Assembly: GCF_009914755.1 (NCBI RefSeq)
Contig: NC_060927.1
From: the human T2T-CHM13v2.0 reference genome, Homo sapiens
Reading direction: 5' to 3' (one strand)
Length of the DNA: 64,000 nucleotides
Positions within the stretch are counted from its first letter, which is position 1. Each line of letters begins with the position of its first letter. The notes beneath the pieces are model-generated. The model had not been told where the DNA came from and ran no database searches. It saw only the letters and a program-made list of their open reading frames with translations. This document shows positions 1 to 17,011 of the stretch, one piece after another. The translations under genes were made by a program, and so were the position numbers.

Positions 1-439
1 GTAACCGTTGAGAGTGTTTCACTGGCTTTCAGCCACGTGGGGGTAGTCTAAATTGCTTGGCATGGCTTTTTAAGGCTCTTTAGTGGATCTGTATCCATTT
101 CCTGTTTGGCAACTATGGTATTGGAGGGAGGAAAGTGGGGTGAAAGGCTAATAATGAAAGATAAACATAGCAAGCAGCTCACTGTTTCTACAATGCACCA
201 TGTACTTTAGGCCTTTTGCATATGTTTATCTGAAAGTCCCTTTCTTTGCATTCAGTTATCCGTCAGTCACATCTGAGATATTATTCCAGGGATATGTTCC
301 AGTAGTTCTCTTGGCACATATCTCAGTATATTATGTCTGCTTGTATGTGAGCCCCACCTTGTACTGGAATTGCTGGAAAGGAGGGAGGCGTCTTCATTTG
401 GGTCTCCTTACTTGGAATATGTTAGGTGCTGCATGTGTG

Positions 440-1250
440 GAGAACAACTAGACATATATAAGCCTTGTCCTCACAGTGCTTTTAGGGAGGCAAATAAGCA
501 TGTACCATAAAATGATAGGAGAAGTGCAAGATGTTAAACGCCTCCTGGTGAAAGTGGCATTTAAAATGATCACTAAAGGATAAGTAGGAATTAGCTAATT
601 GTTGAGGAAAATTGAGACACCAAAATAATGTCTCATGGCTTGGTGTTCAAATGGCAAGAAATGAAGCTACAGAATGTGCAAAAGCTGTCATGAAGGGCTG
701 TGAGAGTAAAATGACCATAGAATTTACCTTCTGGATTGCAAAGCTTTTGAAAAGGACATGAGGAGCTGTTAATAATATGCCAGGACAACAGGCGTAAGCA
801 GACCTTCCTAGGCAAACTAGAATTTATGGTGAGTGTGAAGTTTATGCTAAGCATATAGGAATTCATGGAAAGACTTTTAAATAAGAGAGATAATTTGATC
901 ACATTTACTTTTAAAAATCATTATAGCTCTGGTGTGGAGGATAAACTGGCAGGGAGCTATTGTAATAAGCCAAAAGAACGTGGTGACTTTACACAGAAGT
1001 GGGAGTGAATTTGAGGGAGGTTTAAGAAGTGAATATTGGTTCATCAGATGGGGGTGAGGCAGAGGGAGGTGTTAAGGTTGATACCTGGTTTCTCTCTTAG
1101 AGAAGAACATTACCATCCATCTCCCATGCAAAAAAGCTGTATTGGGGAGGTGAAATTTAGACATTTTGAGTTGAAGAGGCCTTTGAGATACTGAGATGGA
1201 AATATTCTAGTAGATAGCTGGATATGAATCTAGAAAGGTCCAGGTTAGAG
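440..1250 (-). mobile_element. Degraded L2 LINE fragments
   Basis: Motifs resembling antisense L2 (gccttgtcctcacagtgc..., ttttagacattttgagttgaagaggcctttgagata, tagatagctggatatgaatctaga). Confidence 0.55.
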
Positions 1251-1928
1251 AAAGATGTGCATTTTTGTATGTTTCCTGTTTGTATTATTTCCCCATCCTT
1301 TAAACTATACTTCTCATTGTTTCTAGGGTTTATGTTGGGAAAAAATACTTTGTTTTCTAAACTTCAAAGAACAGTAAATACAAAATGTTTTGTTTAGTTT
1401 TCATCTTTCTTGGCTAGGAAGTAATTCTGAACCAGGAGCAGTCGCAGTGCTGAAGGATATGCTTATCCACTTGTTAAATGAACAAATGGTGGGATTATGA
1501 GTGTTTATTTTATTCTGTGTACTTTGATATGTTTTAAATTTTTGTCTAAGTGATTAAAAATGGAATAGTGTTTGGCCATTTGTATTTGAGTGGCTCCTAT
1601 AAATGTAGTTTTCATCTGTTGGGCCTATGCTGTTGGCTTTAAGGACATCTTATCTCATTTAATCCTCACAATACCTTGTGGTTAGGTGGTATTCTCATTT
1701 TACAGATATGGTTAAACTTAAAGAAGTTAAGTAGTTTTGCCACAGTTTACACAGCAAGTAGCAGAACAGTGTTTGAACCCAGACTGGTCTAACTCTGTTC
1801 TACATATTCTTAATCTTTAGACTGTAAGTTGTCTTTAGGGACTACCAAAAAAAATTGAGCTGCTTTCAAGCTGTCTTCCTTTGACATTGACCGTATGACA
1901 TACATATACATGCTTAACAGTAGAAGTT

Positions 1929-2229
<301 letters not shown>

Positions 2230-2498
2230 GAGTAGAAGTTAAACACTATCTCGTATTGGTGTAATACTTTTTTGAATTTTACATGCTTTGTATATCTTGT
2301 CAAGCTCTCAGTAACAAAGTTTGAGTGGCAGCACCCCCTAACAGTTGAGGCATATGTGATTAAAGAACCAAACAAAAAATCCACTCAGGTGCACTGGGTT
2401 CTGTGTCTCATTATAGTAAGTACTCTGCCCTGGAGGACTTGAGCTGATGTTCACCAGCAGCTAAAGTGACTATTATTAATGTTTAGAGAAGCGGATAG

Positions 2499-2618
<120 letters not shown>

Positions 2619-2951
2619 TGACATTTTCAGAATATGCAATATTGAAGCATCTCTTTATATCTCCATTCAGGCCTAGTCAAGATGAATTCACTAGAACAAG
2701 AAGCTTTTCATTTTAGGGTCTGTTGACCATATGTTTTATAGTTTGTCAATTTTCCTGTTTTAATTGACTGGTTGGAAGATCAGATTGAGATATTTTCTGT
2801 TTGATTATTTAATAAATAACTTTGTTAGGCTTTATCTACAAAAGATAGGTAATTGACCTCAGCAGTTTTTGTCATCTTATTTTGAAAATGAAATATGTAT
2901 TTAAGCTTTATCACATTTTAAATCTCAGTTGCTTAAAAAAATTTTATAGTT

Positions 2952-3323
<372 letters not shown>

Positions 3324-3401
3324 TCAAAAGTTTAAATACCTGAATCTTTATTTCATAGGGCATAACTTAGTATGAAAGTTAATTTTACTTTGACTTTCAA
3401 G

Positions 3402-3500
3402 TTTTATAAGTATATTTAAAATACATTTTATTTTATAAGTATATTTAAAAGTATATTTTATAAGTATATTTAAAATAAGTGCATTTAAAATTTAAAATTC
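3402..3500. repeat. AT-rich minisatellite, unit ~ttttataagtatatttaaaa, about 3 copies
   Basis: Directly visible. Confidence 0.75.
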
Positions 3501-3678
3501 TTGAGATGATCAAGAAAAATTCTTAAATATCTGTTTCTTTTTATATAATATAATGGAGTTATTTTGATAGAGAGGAATTATTGTATAATTCGCTGAAAAC
3601 TCTGCTTCATATTTGTCACATTAGACCTTAAAAGAGCCTCTGAATTCTGAGTCATTTTTTAGAACAGCCTTTGAATAA

Positions 3679-3897
<219 letters not shown>

Positions 3898-4626
3898 TAA
3901 ATAGTGGTAATGCATAAATCCATCTTAACAGTGCTATCGGGTGGCAAGTGTAACTCCCTTTATTGAATAAAAGAATCACGTCACTCTAGCCATGGGATGT
4001 ATCCCTTGATACTTGGTGTAAGCATAGTATAAAAAAGATCTTCCTTGCCTGGGAAAATGGGATGTACTGTTTAATTACATACTGTAGTTAGCTTTTTAGT
4101 ATCTGAAGTTTGTCACAAACCTATGAAAGTCTTTCTAAATAAAATATTACATATTTTTCTGCCTCAGAAAACACTAAGTACTGAAAATCGTTTGATCTTC
4201 CTTAATTTTCAGGTAGCATAGTACCTGAGGGCCATGCTTCCTAGTATGGGATGATTTCTTTGTTTTGTTTGAGGGAAGGGGGATTATATATTTATCCTTC
4301 TAATACCATGGTAGGCTTCAAAGTACTAACCCTTTACAAAATTAGTCAGTAATATTTGCTCTTAAGATATCTGGCCCCCAAATTTGGGAATTAACAAACT
4401 TGTTTTCGTCTCTCTCTTACCTTACATTTTAGGAACATTAGAGGCTAAGTAGATTGACTTACGGGACATATGCCTGGCCTTCTTTTCTGCTTTTATATAT
4501 GGCTGGCTGTAAATTTTTAGAAATGCTTCCTTATTGATCTTTTACTTCCACTATATGTGTATGTATGTACAAGTATGTATGTATGTACAAGTACATACAT
4601 GTATAGTGGGAAATAAAAGATCAATA

Positions 4627-4926
4627 TGCCGGGTGCAGTGACTCAGGCCTGTTATCTCAGGACTTTGGGAGGCTGAGGTGGGAGGACTACTTGAGGCCAG
4701 GAATTTGAGACCAGCTTGAGCAACATAGTGAGACCTTGTCTCTACAAAAAAAAATTTTTTTTTAATTAGCAAGGCGTGCTGGCATCCACCTGTAGTCCCA
4801 GCTACTTGGCGGGGTGGAGGTGGGAGGATAACTTGAGCCTGGGAGGTCAAGTCTGCAGTGAGCCATGTTCGGGCCACTGCACTCCAGCCTGGGCAACAAA
4901 GCAAGACCTGTCTCAAAAAAGAAAAC
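4627..4926 (+). mobile_element. AluJ
   Basis: Diverged dimeric Alu with J-type gaggccaggaatttgagaccagc and gcaagacctgtctc. Confidence 0.9.
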
Positions 4927-4930
4927 ATAG

Positions 4931-4932
<2 letters not shown>

Positions 4933-4977
<45 letters not shown>

Positions 4978-5053
4978 TATTTTATATATTTTATATATAT
5001 ATAAAATGTGTGTGTATCTATTTTATATATATATATAGTGTGTGTGTGTGTGT
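4933..5053. repeat. Compound (GT)n/(TA)n/(GT)n microsatellite
   Basis: Directly visible. Confidence 0.95.
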
Positions 5054-5177
5054 GAATGATTCTTTTCCAGAGGCCTTTTCTTTTCTCCTGTGTATCACTT
5101 GTCAATTTTTAGGTTTACCATGGTAGTAATTACTTGATGATTCTACTGTTGGGCTCCTGATAAAGTACTAGTGTACT

Positions 5178-7420
5178 TTTTTTTAACTTCTTATTTTGAA
5201 ATAGAGATTCACAGGAAGTTACAAAGGTAGTACAGAGAAGACCCATGTTGCCTTTATCTAGTTTTCCCCTATAATTACATCTTAAAGTATAAGAAGCAGG
5301 AATTTGATATTGATAAAATAAGTTTGTGTAGTTCAGTGTATTTTATCAAATATGCAGATTTATGTGACCACCACTGCAGTCAAAGAGCTATTCCATCACC
5401 ACAAAGATATCCCTTATGCTACCTCTTAACAGTCATACCTGTTTCCCTCCCCCAATAATTTCTATAGTTTTGGCATTTTAAAATGAAGATTCATAAGAGG
5501 TTGGCTAGAGGATTATTAATTGATAATTCTAAAAAAAAACAGCTTTAGTTTTACTGATTTTTTTTCCTATGTTGCTTTTTTGTTTTCAGTTTCACTGATT
5601 TCTGCTTTGGTTATTTCCTCCTTCTACTTAGTTTGGATTAATTTGTTGTTCTTTTTGTAGCTTCCTAAAGTTGCAGCCGAGGTCATTGATTTGAAACCAT
5701 TATTATTTTCTAATAGAGGCATTTAGTGCTATAAATGTATCCATAAATACTGTTTCAGCAGCATCCCACTTTTAGTTGAGATAAATTGTGGATTCACGTG
5801 CAGTTATAAGAAATAATACATAGATATCTATCTACCCTTTACCTAGTTTCTCCCAGTTGTAATATATTGCAAAACCATAGTACAATATCACAACCAGAAT
5901 ATTGGCATTAATACGATCAAGATATTACAGAACATTTCCGTCACCACGTGGATCCCTCATGTTGCCCTTTGATAGTGCACACCTACTTTCTTCTCTCTTT
6001 CCTCCATCGCCCATTCCTTAACCCTGGACAACCACATATCTGTTCTGCATTTCTATAATTCAGTCATTTCAAGAGTATTATATAAATGGAATCATACAGT
6101 ATGTAACCTCTTCAGATTGGTTTCTTTTTTTTTTTCCACCTGGATAATCCTGTGGATATTCAACCAAGTCATTGCATATATCGGTAGTTCATTCATTTTT
6201 ACTGTTTGGTAATACTCCATGGTATAAGTGTACCATAGTTTGTTTAGCTATTTGCTCATTGATGGATATCTAGATTGTTTCCAGTTTGGGACTCTTACAG
6301 GATAAAGCTGCTATCTATAAACGTTCATGTACAGGTTTTTGTGTATCTATGTGTTTTAATTTCTCTGGGATAAATGGGCTGTTAACTGCTGAGCTATATA
6401 GTAGTCGCATGTTAGGTTTTGACTTGGGTGAACTCATCCTCCAGATTACTCTCCTGCGGCTGGAGTCAGTTGAAATGTTTGTTCAGTTCTTTGAGTCTTA
6501 GCTGGGCTCTTTGGAATCCACGTTACATACATATAGTTCAGAGATCAGCTAGAGATTTGGGCCAAGTTATAAGTAGATTTGGGGGATTTATCTGTTAGGC
6601 TTTCTCCCATATTCCTAGCCTCACTTTCCAGTTTCTGATTTTACCCCAAACTCTGTTCTTCTGGTTGTTAGTAGGGCAAATTGTTGTCCTCCCCAAGTGG
6701 TTCCAACTAGGGCCTGCCCTTGGGTATACAGCCATAAAAGCAAGACATTTACCCAGTGGCATTCCATCTTTTTGAGTGTAGACTTCCCTCTAGGTTCTGC
6801 CTGCTTTTCATATCTCTCCAGGCTTTTCAGGTAGTTTAAAAATATTTTATCCAGGGTTTATGGTTGTTATCTGCAGAAGAGTTACCCCAATAGGAGATTC
6901 TCTGCCATTTCTCAAAGTACACCCATTGTGAATTCTTTTGAATTTCATCCAGATGGTAGCGTACTGTTCTTTACCTTGCTTAAGATGTTTTTCCTTTCAA
7001 TGTATGTAATGATGTCTTGTTTTTATAGTTGTATAATTACCTACTATATGAATATAATCTAACAAGTCCCACTATTGATGGACACTTGGTTTGTTTCCAT
7101 TTTTTTGCTATTTAAATATTGCTGCATTATGCATCCTTGAGCATAAGGCATTTTGCATATGTGCAAGCATTTTTGGATTAATTCCTAGAAGTGGAGTTGT
7201 CAAATTGTCCTTCATAGAGATTGCTTTGATTTATACTTTCAACAATATTGTGTGAGAATGCCATTTTCTCCCCACACACTAATTCATTATTAATTTTTTG
7301 TCCATCTGCTTATTTTTATAAATGACTTTATTTTAGTTTTAATATGCATTTCTCTTATGAGTCTAGTTAAACATCTTTAGAAGCCATTTATATTGTTTTC
7401 TATGAACTTGCTGTGTATGT
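5178..7420 (-). mobile_element. Cluster of old L1M (L1MC/MD/ME-like) fragments
   Basis: Antisense L1M 3' motifs (tataaatggaatcatacagtatgtaacc, gatggatatctagattgtttccagtttggg, aattcctagaagtggagttg). Confidence 0.7.
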
Positions 7421-7422
7421 CC

Positions 7423-7787
7423 TGATATGGTTTGGCCGTGGTCCCACCCAAAATCTCACCTTGAATCCACATAATCCCCACAATCCCTGCATGTCAAGGG
7501 AGAGACCAGGTAGAGGTAATTGAATCATTGGGGCAGTTCCCCCATATTGTTTTATGATAGTGAGTTCTCATGAAATCTGATGGTTTTATTAGCGTTTGGT
7601 AGTTCCTCCTGCATTCATTCTCCTTCCTGCCACCTTGTGAAGAAGGGGCCTTGCTTCCCCTTCACCTTGTGTAAGTTTCCTGAGGCCTCCCCAGCCGTGC
7701 TGAACTGCGAGTCAATTAAACCTCTTTCCTTATAAATTACCCAGTCTTGGGCAGTTCTTTATAGTAGCATGAAAACGGACTAATACA
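7423..7787 (+). mobile_element. THE1 (THE1C/D-like) MaLR solo LTR
   Basis: tgatatggtttgg...ggactaataca termini; 5-bp TSD tgtcc/tgccc. Confidence 0.9.
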
Positions 7788-8799
7788 TGCCCATTTGCCC
7801 ATTTTCTTCTGGATTTGATCTTTTTTACTTGTAGGAACTTTTCATGAAATAAACATATCTATTCTTGTCATATGTGGCTATACCTTTTCCTGGATTTCAT
7901 TTGTTTTGACTTCGTTTAGGAGCTTTTCATCTTGTAAAAGCCTTTTATTTTTATTTAATCAAATATGTCAGTTTTCTTTTATAATAGGAGTTACAAGTCA
8001 CATTTAGAGAAACCCTTCCCCATCTCAACATTTAAAATTTTCTCCCATATTTTCTTTTAGGGTTTTTTGGTGTTACTTATTATGTAAAATTTATCTTAGG
8101 GGAAGGAATATAGAAACAATGTAACTTTTCCTTATTTTAGCAGATGGCATTTTGTACTCTTTATTCTCTTAACATATGAAAATATTTAAAATATTTATAG
8201 TCAAACCATTGATATCTTACTTCATGGTTTCTGCCTTTGGTGTCACGCTTAGGCTTTCCCAACCCTCCAAATTATATACTCATTTATATATTTGATTTGT
8301 TTTGCTATTTTATTTTCTTTTGCTACTTTTAGAATTTATTTTTAATTTAATGAAATATTTAATAAACCTAAAAGGTATTTTGGCATATGGTGAGTTAGGA
8401 GCACACTTATTTTCCATCCAATTAACTAGCCAGTTGTTCTACCATTTATTGAATCATTTCCTCCTAAATTTCAAGTGCCATATTTAATATTTTCAAAGTT
8501 TTATGTGTAGATCTGTTTCTTTTCTTTTGTTTCATTGATTGCTAGTCCTTACACCAATAGCATACTGTCAATTTTTTGAAAAATAGTAAGTAAAATTTTA
8601 AATGGTAAAATATGTTTTGGTGGTTCTCTCTCTTGTATTTTTTTAAAGAGTGCTTTAAACTCACATTGTAGTTTTTTTAATGTATAAATTAATTTGGGGA
8701 GAATTAGCATCTTTAACTCTAGTATTCTCATCCAGGAACATGGTAGGTCCTCGGTTTGTTATGTTTTATGTTTCTCAGTTGATTTTTGTAGTTTTCTAA

Positions 8800-9460
8800 G
8801 AGTTCTAGGTTGTCTTCCAAGGCTTTTATAGTTTTGGGTTTTACATTTAAGTTTTTAACCATCTCAAGTTGATTTTTGCATATGGGAAAAGAAGGATCCA
8901 GTTTCAGTCTTCTGCATATGGCTAGCCAGTTACCCAGCACCATTTATTGAATAGAGGTCCTTTCCCCATTGCTTGTTTTTGTCAGCTTTGTTGAAGATCA
9001 GATGGTTGTAGGTGTGCAGCCTTATTCCTGGGCTGTCTATTCTGTTCTATTGGTCCGTGTATCTGTTTTTGTACAAGTACCATGCAGTTTTGGTTACTAT
9101 AGCCCTGTAGCGTAGTTTGAAGTCAGTAACATGATGCCTCCAGCTTTGTTCTTTTTGCTTAGGATTGCCTTGTCTGTTCGCACTCTTTTTGAGTTTCATA
9201 TGAATTTTAAAATAGTTTTTTCTAGTTCTGTGAACAATGTCATTGGTAGTTTAATAGGAATAACATTGAATCCATAAATTACTCTGGGCAGTATGGCCAT
9301 TTTAATGATATTGCTCTCTCCTATCCATGATCATGGAATGTTTTTCCATTAGTTGATGTCGTCTGTGCTTTCTTTGAGCAGTGTTTTGTAATTCTCATTA
9401 TAGAGATCTTTCACTTCCCTGGTTAGCTGTATTCCTAGGTATTTTATTCTTTTAGTGGAT
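8800..9460 (-). mobile_element. L1PA/PB ORF2 fragment
   Basis: ORF 8728..8943 ([13 protein letters not shown]...[16 protein letters not shown]) is L1 ORF2-like. Confidence 0.9.
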
Positions 9461-9866
9461 GCCTGTTTTTTCAAAAGTTTAATATTTGAACATGTATAAC
9501 CTTCTTATGACTGAAAAATCATGATTTCAAAACAGCTACTTGTGAAATGTAAGTATAGTTATATTTAAAACACATTTAAATATTTCTTATGAAATACAAA
9601 TTTTATGTTCATAAATACCACTTTAAAATAACTCAAAGCTCAAGCTTTTTTCTGAATAAAAAGAAACTCAACTTTAGTTTTACCTAATAATTTGAAATAG
9701 CAACTTGGGTAATTAAAGGGGATATCAAAACCTGGACAAATATTTTGACTTATATTAATTTTTCTCTTAAGCAGCAGTGGAAATTTTAAAGTCAGTATTC
9801 AGTATTTTAAATTATGTAGAGTAGAATTGTTTTTAGGGATTGGCCATAAACTAGTTATTTAATTAA

Positions 9867-10037
<171 letters not shown>

Positions 10038-10542
10038 TAATTCTTAATTACATAACTTAAAATAGTCACTCATCTAATTTATATCTTGAGTATGTTTTTT
10101 ATTCTCTGCTGTTTATATGCTTGGGCTATATGCCATAAGCCATATATAGGTATAATTTAATTAATGTGTCAGATGTACTCAGGTGTAAGGGGTATTGTAA
10201 ATTACCTTAAAGCTGTCACTAAGTTTTTTGAGCCATTAAAATATTTTTTGAGGAAAGATAAGGAGTAGTGATAAAAAGAAAAAATGATGTATGTTTGACT
10301 TTTATGAAGATATGAGTGGCTGAAATCAGATTCACATTGCAGTTTGCAAGGATCTTACATAGTTGCAGCGATTCATACTAAGAGTTATAGCACACCCACT
10401 GGAACATATAAAACCACCACATTTGGAATTGGAGGACACCTTAAAGACCATCTGATCCATCCTCCACCACCCTCATTTTGCATGTGAGGCAAGGCTCACC
10501 CAGGACAGGTGATGGATGCATTTGAGGCTTTTAATGTTAAGG

Positions 10543-10718
10543 CAGTAATTTTCAAAGTGTGATCCTTGGAGAAGCATCATCATGTAGGAACTTGTCAGAA
10601 ATTGAAATTATTGAGTCCCATCTCAGATCTCTGAATCAAACTTTGGGGATGGGCCTATCAATCTGTTTTTAACAAGACCACCAGCTGATTTTGATGCATG
10701 CTCAAGTTTGAGAACTGT
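10543..10718. mobile_element. MER5A-like hAT MITE
   Basis: cagtaattttcaaagtgtg ... ctcaagtttgagaactgtg termini and internal similarity. Confidence 0.75.
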
Positions 10719-11809
10719 GTTAAGGGAAAGACTGGGCAAGAATTAAATTGGCATAGAAGGTTTAGTTTGGTTCATGACCATTTGGAGATACTAAAGAAAA
10801 AGGAAGATACTAAAGAAAAAGCAATAAGATTAACTTTTTTTTCTGTTGAAATCATTTTGCTTACAAACTAACATAGTGTAATTGCAGACTGCAAAGGTTT
10901 ATCAACTTGACTCTAGCATAGTGATCACCAGTTGACATTGATCGGTTAAGTCATTACATCACCATGGGCTTCAGTCATCTGATCAAAAATAAAAAATAGA
11001 TCATCTCTTCCATCTATAAAAATTCATAATTTCTATTTCTTTGTTTATGTTGCCGCTTTTGTTTTATTTGTGGAGGACATACTGATAATACATAGTAAGT
11101 GACATCCCAAGTTGGGGAGAGAAGTGAATATCTTTATTTTGTGTGAAAATCTTAAATTCTACCAATGATACTAAATTTCAACTCTTATAAATATGGGTCC
11201 CTCTTCTTCCTATTTTTAGTCTCCTCTGGCGCAGAAAACACAAGCTGAAAAACTTATTAGAATTATTTTTAAGGTAAAGATTATAGTATCTGAATGTTGG
11301 TGTAAACCTCTCTCCTAAAAAGTAAATGCATTTGTATTTACTAATCAGCTCTGAAGTACTTCTCTCTCTCCCCTTACTTGAATTATTTTTCTAGATAAGT
11401 AGTGTCCAAATTAAATTTTTGTAAAATTGCTTATGTAGGATCTCACATATTAGAATACAATTAAAGCTGTTTAAATCAGCCACCCTGGAACAATAACATT
11501 TTTAATACCTTTTCCCCAGAGAAAGCACTCAAATACCTTTATAGGCTTATTGTGTATACCTTTCCTGAAGACTAATTTATAATTCATTTAATTGCATTAT
11601 CAGTAGAATAATTTAATGACCTTTTCTGATTAGAACACTAACCTAACTCCTCCTCAGACCTTTTGTTTAGCATAGTCAAAAATATTTTGCTCTAATCTTA
11701 ACCACACCACCCCATTCCTTCCTCTACTCCAACCACTTAAGAAGTGCTGGTTTTCTAGTTAAGAAGGCAGGAACAACCTATTGGAGATGCTGAAGAATTG
11801 TAATATATA

Positions 11810-14482
11810 CAGGTATACCTTGGAGGTATTGCAGGTTTGAGTTCAGACTACTGCTGTAAAGCAAATAAAATGAGTCATATGAATTTTTTTGTTTCCTAGT
11901 GCGTATAAAAGTTATGCTTACACTGTACTTTAGTCTATTAAGTGTGCAATAGCATTATGTCTTTAAAAAATGTACACACCTTCATTTAAAAATACTTTAT
12001 TGCCAAAAAGTTTTTACATCATCTGAGCCTTCAGTGAGTCATATTTGCCTGGATGTTGATGGCTGCTTACTGAATAGGGTGGTTGAAGATTGGGGTGAAG
12101 GTTGAAGGTTGAGGTGGCTGTGGCTATTTCTTAAAATAAGACAACAATGAAGTTTGCTGCATCAGTTGACACTTCTTTTCACAAAAGATTTCTCTGTAGC
12201 ATGTGATGCTGTTTGATAGCATTTTACCAACAGTAGAACTTCTTTCAAAATCAGACTCAATCCTCTCAAACTCTACCTCTGCTTTATCAACTAGATTGTG
12301 TGATATTCTGAATACTTTGTCACTTAAACAATGTTAATGGCTTCTTCATCAGGAGTAGGTTTCATCTCAAGAAACCACTTTCTTTGCTCATCCATAAGAA
12401 GCAACTCTTAATCCATTCAAGTTTTATCATGAGATTGCAGCAATTCAGTTACAACTTTAGGCTCCACTTCTACTTCTAGTTTTCTTGCTATGTCCTCCAC
12501 ATTTGCAGTGACTTCCACAACTAAAGTGTTTAACCCCTGAAAGTCATCTATGAGGGTTGGAATCAACTTCCTCCAGACTGCTAACGTTGATATGTTGACC
12601 TTCTCTTATAAATCACAAATGTTTTTAATGGCACCTCGAATGGTGAATTCTTTCTAGGTTTTCAATTTACTTTGTCAAGATCCATCAGAGAAATCACTAT
12701 CCATGGCAGATAGAGCCTAATTAAATGTATTTCTTAAATAATAAGTCTTGAAAGTCAAAATTACTTCTTGATTCATAGATTGCAGAATAGATGTTGTGTT
12801 AGCAGGCATAAAAACAACATTCAGACTGGGCATGGTGGCTCACGCCTGTAATCCCAGCACTTCGGGAGGCCAAGGTGGGTGGATCACAAGGTCAGGAGTT
12901 CACCAGCATGGCCAAGATGGTGAAACCCCACCTCTACTAAAAATGCCATAATTAGCCAGGCGTGGTGGCGGGCACTTGTAATCCTAGCTACTCAGGAAGC
13001 TGAGGCAGAGAATTGCTTGAACCCAGGAGGGGGAGGTTGTAGTGAGCTGAGATCGCACCACTGCACTCCAGCCTGGGCGACAGAGCAAGACTCCATCTCA
13101 AAAAACAAACACAGAAAAAAACCAAAATATTCTTCTCCTTGAGCATGTCCAGCAGAGTTCTTGGGTGACAAGATACATTGTCAATGAGCAGTGGTATTTT
13201 GAAAGGAATCTTTTTGAGCAATAGCTCTCAACAGTGGGCTTAGAATATTCAGTAAACCATGCTTTAAACAGATGTGCTGTCTTGCAGGCTTTGATGTTTC
13301 ATTTATAGGGCACAGAAAGAATAGATTTAGCATAATTCTTAAGGGCCCTAGGATTTTTGGAATGGTTAAAGTTGCCAGCTACATTATCCCTTAACAAGAG
13401 AGAGCCAGTCTATTCGTTGAATCTTTGTAGCCAGGCATTAACTTTTCTCTAGCTATGAAAGTCCTAGATGGTATCTTCTTCCGGTATAAGGCAGTTTTGT
13501 CTACATTGAAAATCAGTTTGTTGTAGCTTCCTTCATCAGTTATCTTAGCTAGATCTTCTGGATAACTTGCTGCAACTTTTCCATTAGCAAGTTGACCTTG
13601 CACTTCCTGTTTGACCTTGCACTTCTATGTTACAGAGATGATTTGTTTCGTGAAACCTCATGAACCAATTTTGCTAGCTTCATACTTCTGTAGCTTTCTT
13701 ATCACTCTCAGCCCTCACAGAATTGAAGAGAGTTAGGGCCTTGCTCTGTATTAGGCTTTGGCTTAAGGGAATGTTGTGACTGGTTTGATCTTCCATCTAG
13801 ATCACTCAAACTTTTTCCATTTCCGCAGTAAGACTGTTTCACTTTCTTTTCATTCGTATGTTCACTGGAGTAACACTTTTAATTTCCTTGAAGAACTTTT
13901 CCTTTGCATTGACAGCTTGGTTAACTATTTGGTACAAGAGGCCTACCTTTTGGCCTGTCTTATCCGTCAACATGCCTTCCTCACTAAGCTTAATCATTTC
14001 TAGCTTTTGATTTAAAGTGATAGATGTGATACTCCTCCTTTCACTTGACTGCTTAGAGGACATAGTAGGGTCATAAACTGGTCTAATTTCAATATTGTTT
14101 TGTCTCAGGAAATAGGGAAGCCTAAGGAGAGGGAGAGAGATGGGGGAACAGCCAGTTGGTGGAGCAGTCAGAACACACACATCATTCATTGATTAAGTGT
14201 ACCCTCTTATAGGGGCTTAGTTTTCATGGTGCCCTGAAACAATATCAGTAGTAACACTGATCACTGATCATAGAGCACCATAACAGATAAAATAATAATG
14301 AAAAAATTTGAAATATTGTGAGAATTACCAAAATGTGACACAGAGACGTAAGTGAGCACGTGCTGTTAGAAAAATGGCACCAATTAGACTTGCTCGACTC
14401 AGGGTTGCCACAGTGCTTCAATTTGTAAAAAAATAAAAATAAAAAATTTTTTTAAAAAGAAATATCTGATATCTGCAAAGCA
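11810..14482 (-). mobile_element. Tigger1 DNA transposon, near full length, decayed pogo/CENP-B-family transposase, interrupted by an Alu
   Basis: TA|caggtatacct TIR at 11810. ORF remnants [31 protein letters not shown] (13839..14189), [11 protein letters not shown]...FNVDKTALY (13391..13603) and [12 protein letters not shown] (12988..13221) resemble Tigger1/TIGD1. Confidence 0.92.
12823..13122 (+). mobile_element. AluS nested in Tigger1
   Basis: Dimeric Alu; degenerate TSD aaaacaacattc/ccaaaatattc. Confidence 0.93.
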
Positions 14483-14523
14483 TTACTTTAATGTTTAAAA
14501 ATACATTTAAATTCTGATGTTAA

Positions 14524-15136
<613 letters not shown>

Positions 15137-15677
15137 TACTTAGTACTTTTGATGGAACAACGTGTGAAATATCTGTATTTATGTGATAGTGGTAGTACGA
15201 GTAAATTACAGGTTATATCTAAAATATATTTTGATGGAGTGTGTATATGTATTTTAGAACTTGTGTCAGTTTTTTGATAATTAACAATATTTTGAACAAA
15301 ATAGACTACATTAAAGGGTGAATTTAGAATCTGTAAAATCACATTGTATAGCACACACCTAACTTTTCTATATCTACCCTACTATACCTACTGACTTCAT
15401 GCTGCCTCGTGTTGTATACTATAACAGCAAGCCCATGATGGTCATGTGTTTTATCTTAAAAGTCTTACAGTTTTCATAATGCAAATTACTGTGAAGTTAT
15501 GCAGCAAAAACTTCAGCTTGTTTCAGATTATAGCTGGATGCTGCCAAAGTAAAAAATAAATGATTTAAAATTAAAAATACTTTTATTTTTATTTGTTATT
15601 TTTATCTTTAGAAAAGAACATTTTTAAATGCCCTAGTTCTCTTTTTAAAAGACCAACATTAAGGGATATTATGCCTG

Positions 15678-16388
<711 letters not shown>

Positions 16389-16733
16389 ACCTGGATTTGT
16401 CACTAGTTTTCTTCCCTTAGAAATGTTTATTGTGTATAATATTTGTCTATTTAACTTAGAGACATATCATTTGAATACAGTGCCCAATGCTGCTATGTGA
16501 GGTTTTTAAGAAAGTTGTCTGCAGCTTATAGTGAGTTTAAAATTTTAAATTCAGGTCTAGAAATACTTGAGGGTACCTAAGATGTATATCGTACTATATT
16601 TCACAGGAACACACATGGCAGCACAGTCTGTGAACTGAACATGAATATTTCAAAGTGAAACTTTAAAGCAGATAGTAGTGATCATCTATTTCATTGTTAT
16701 GAAGAAAATAAGTTGTAACATATTGGTGTGTAA

Positions 16734-16853
<120 letters not shown>

Positions 16854-17011
16854 TAAAAAATAATAATAATCTGTCTCTTTCTCCTCCCCCTCCTCCTCCT
16901 TCTCCTCCCTCCTCTTCCTCACTTTCCTCCACTCCCTCTTTTATCCTCCCCTTAAAAAAATAATTTTATAAACCAATACTTTGGACCTTTTGATTGTATT
17001 TCCCTATCATC

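Noticed and set aside
1-10. Window begins gtaacc, resembling the donor of the preceding TOPAZ1 exon
   Set aside because: The upstream sequence is not visible, so this cannot be distinguished from chance.
2324-2345. Possible CTCF motif (gcagcaccccctaacag)
   Set aside because: Several mismatches in core positions; not supportable from sequence alone.
13391-14189. Tigger1 ORFs as a domesticated TIGD-like gene
   Set aside because: Fragmented by stops, frameshifts and an Alu; the catalytic domain is incomplete.
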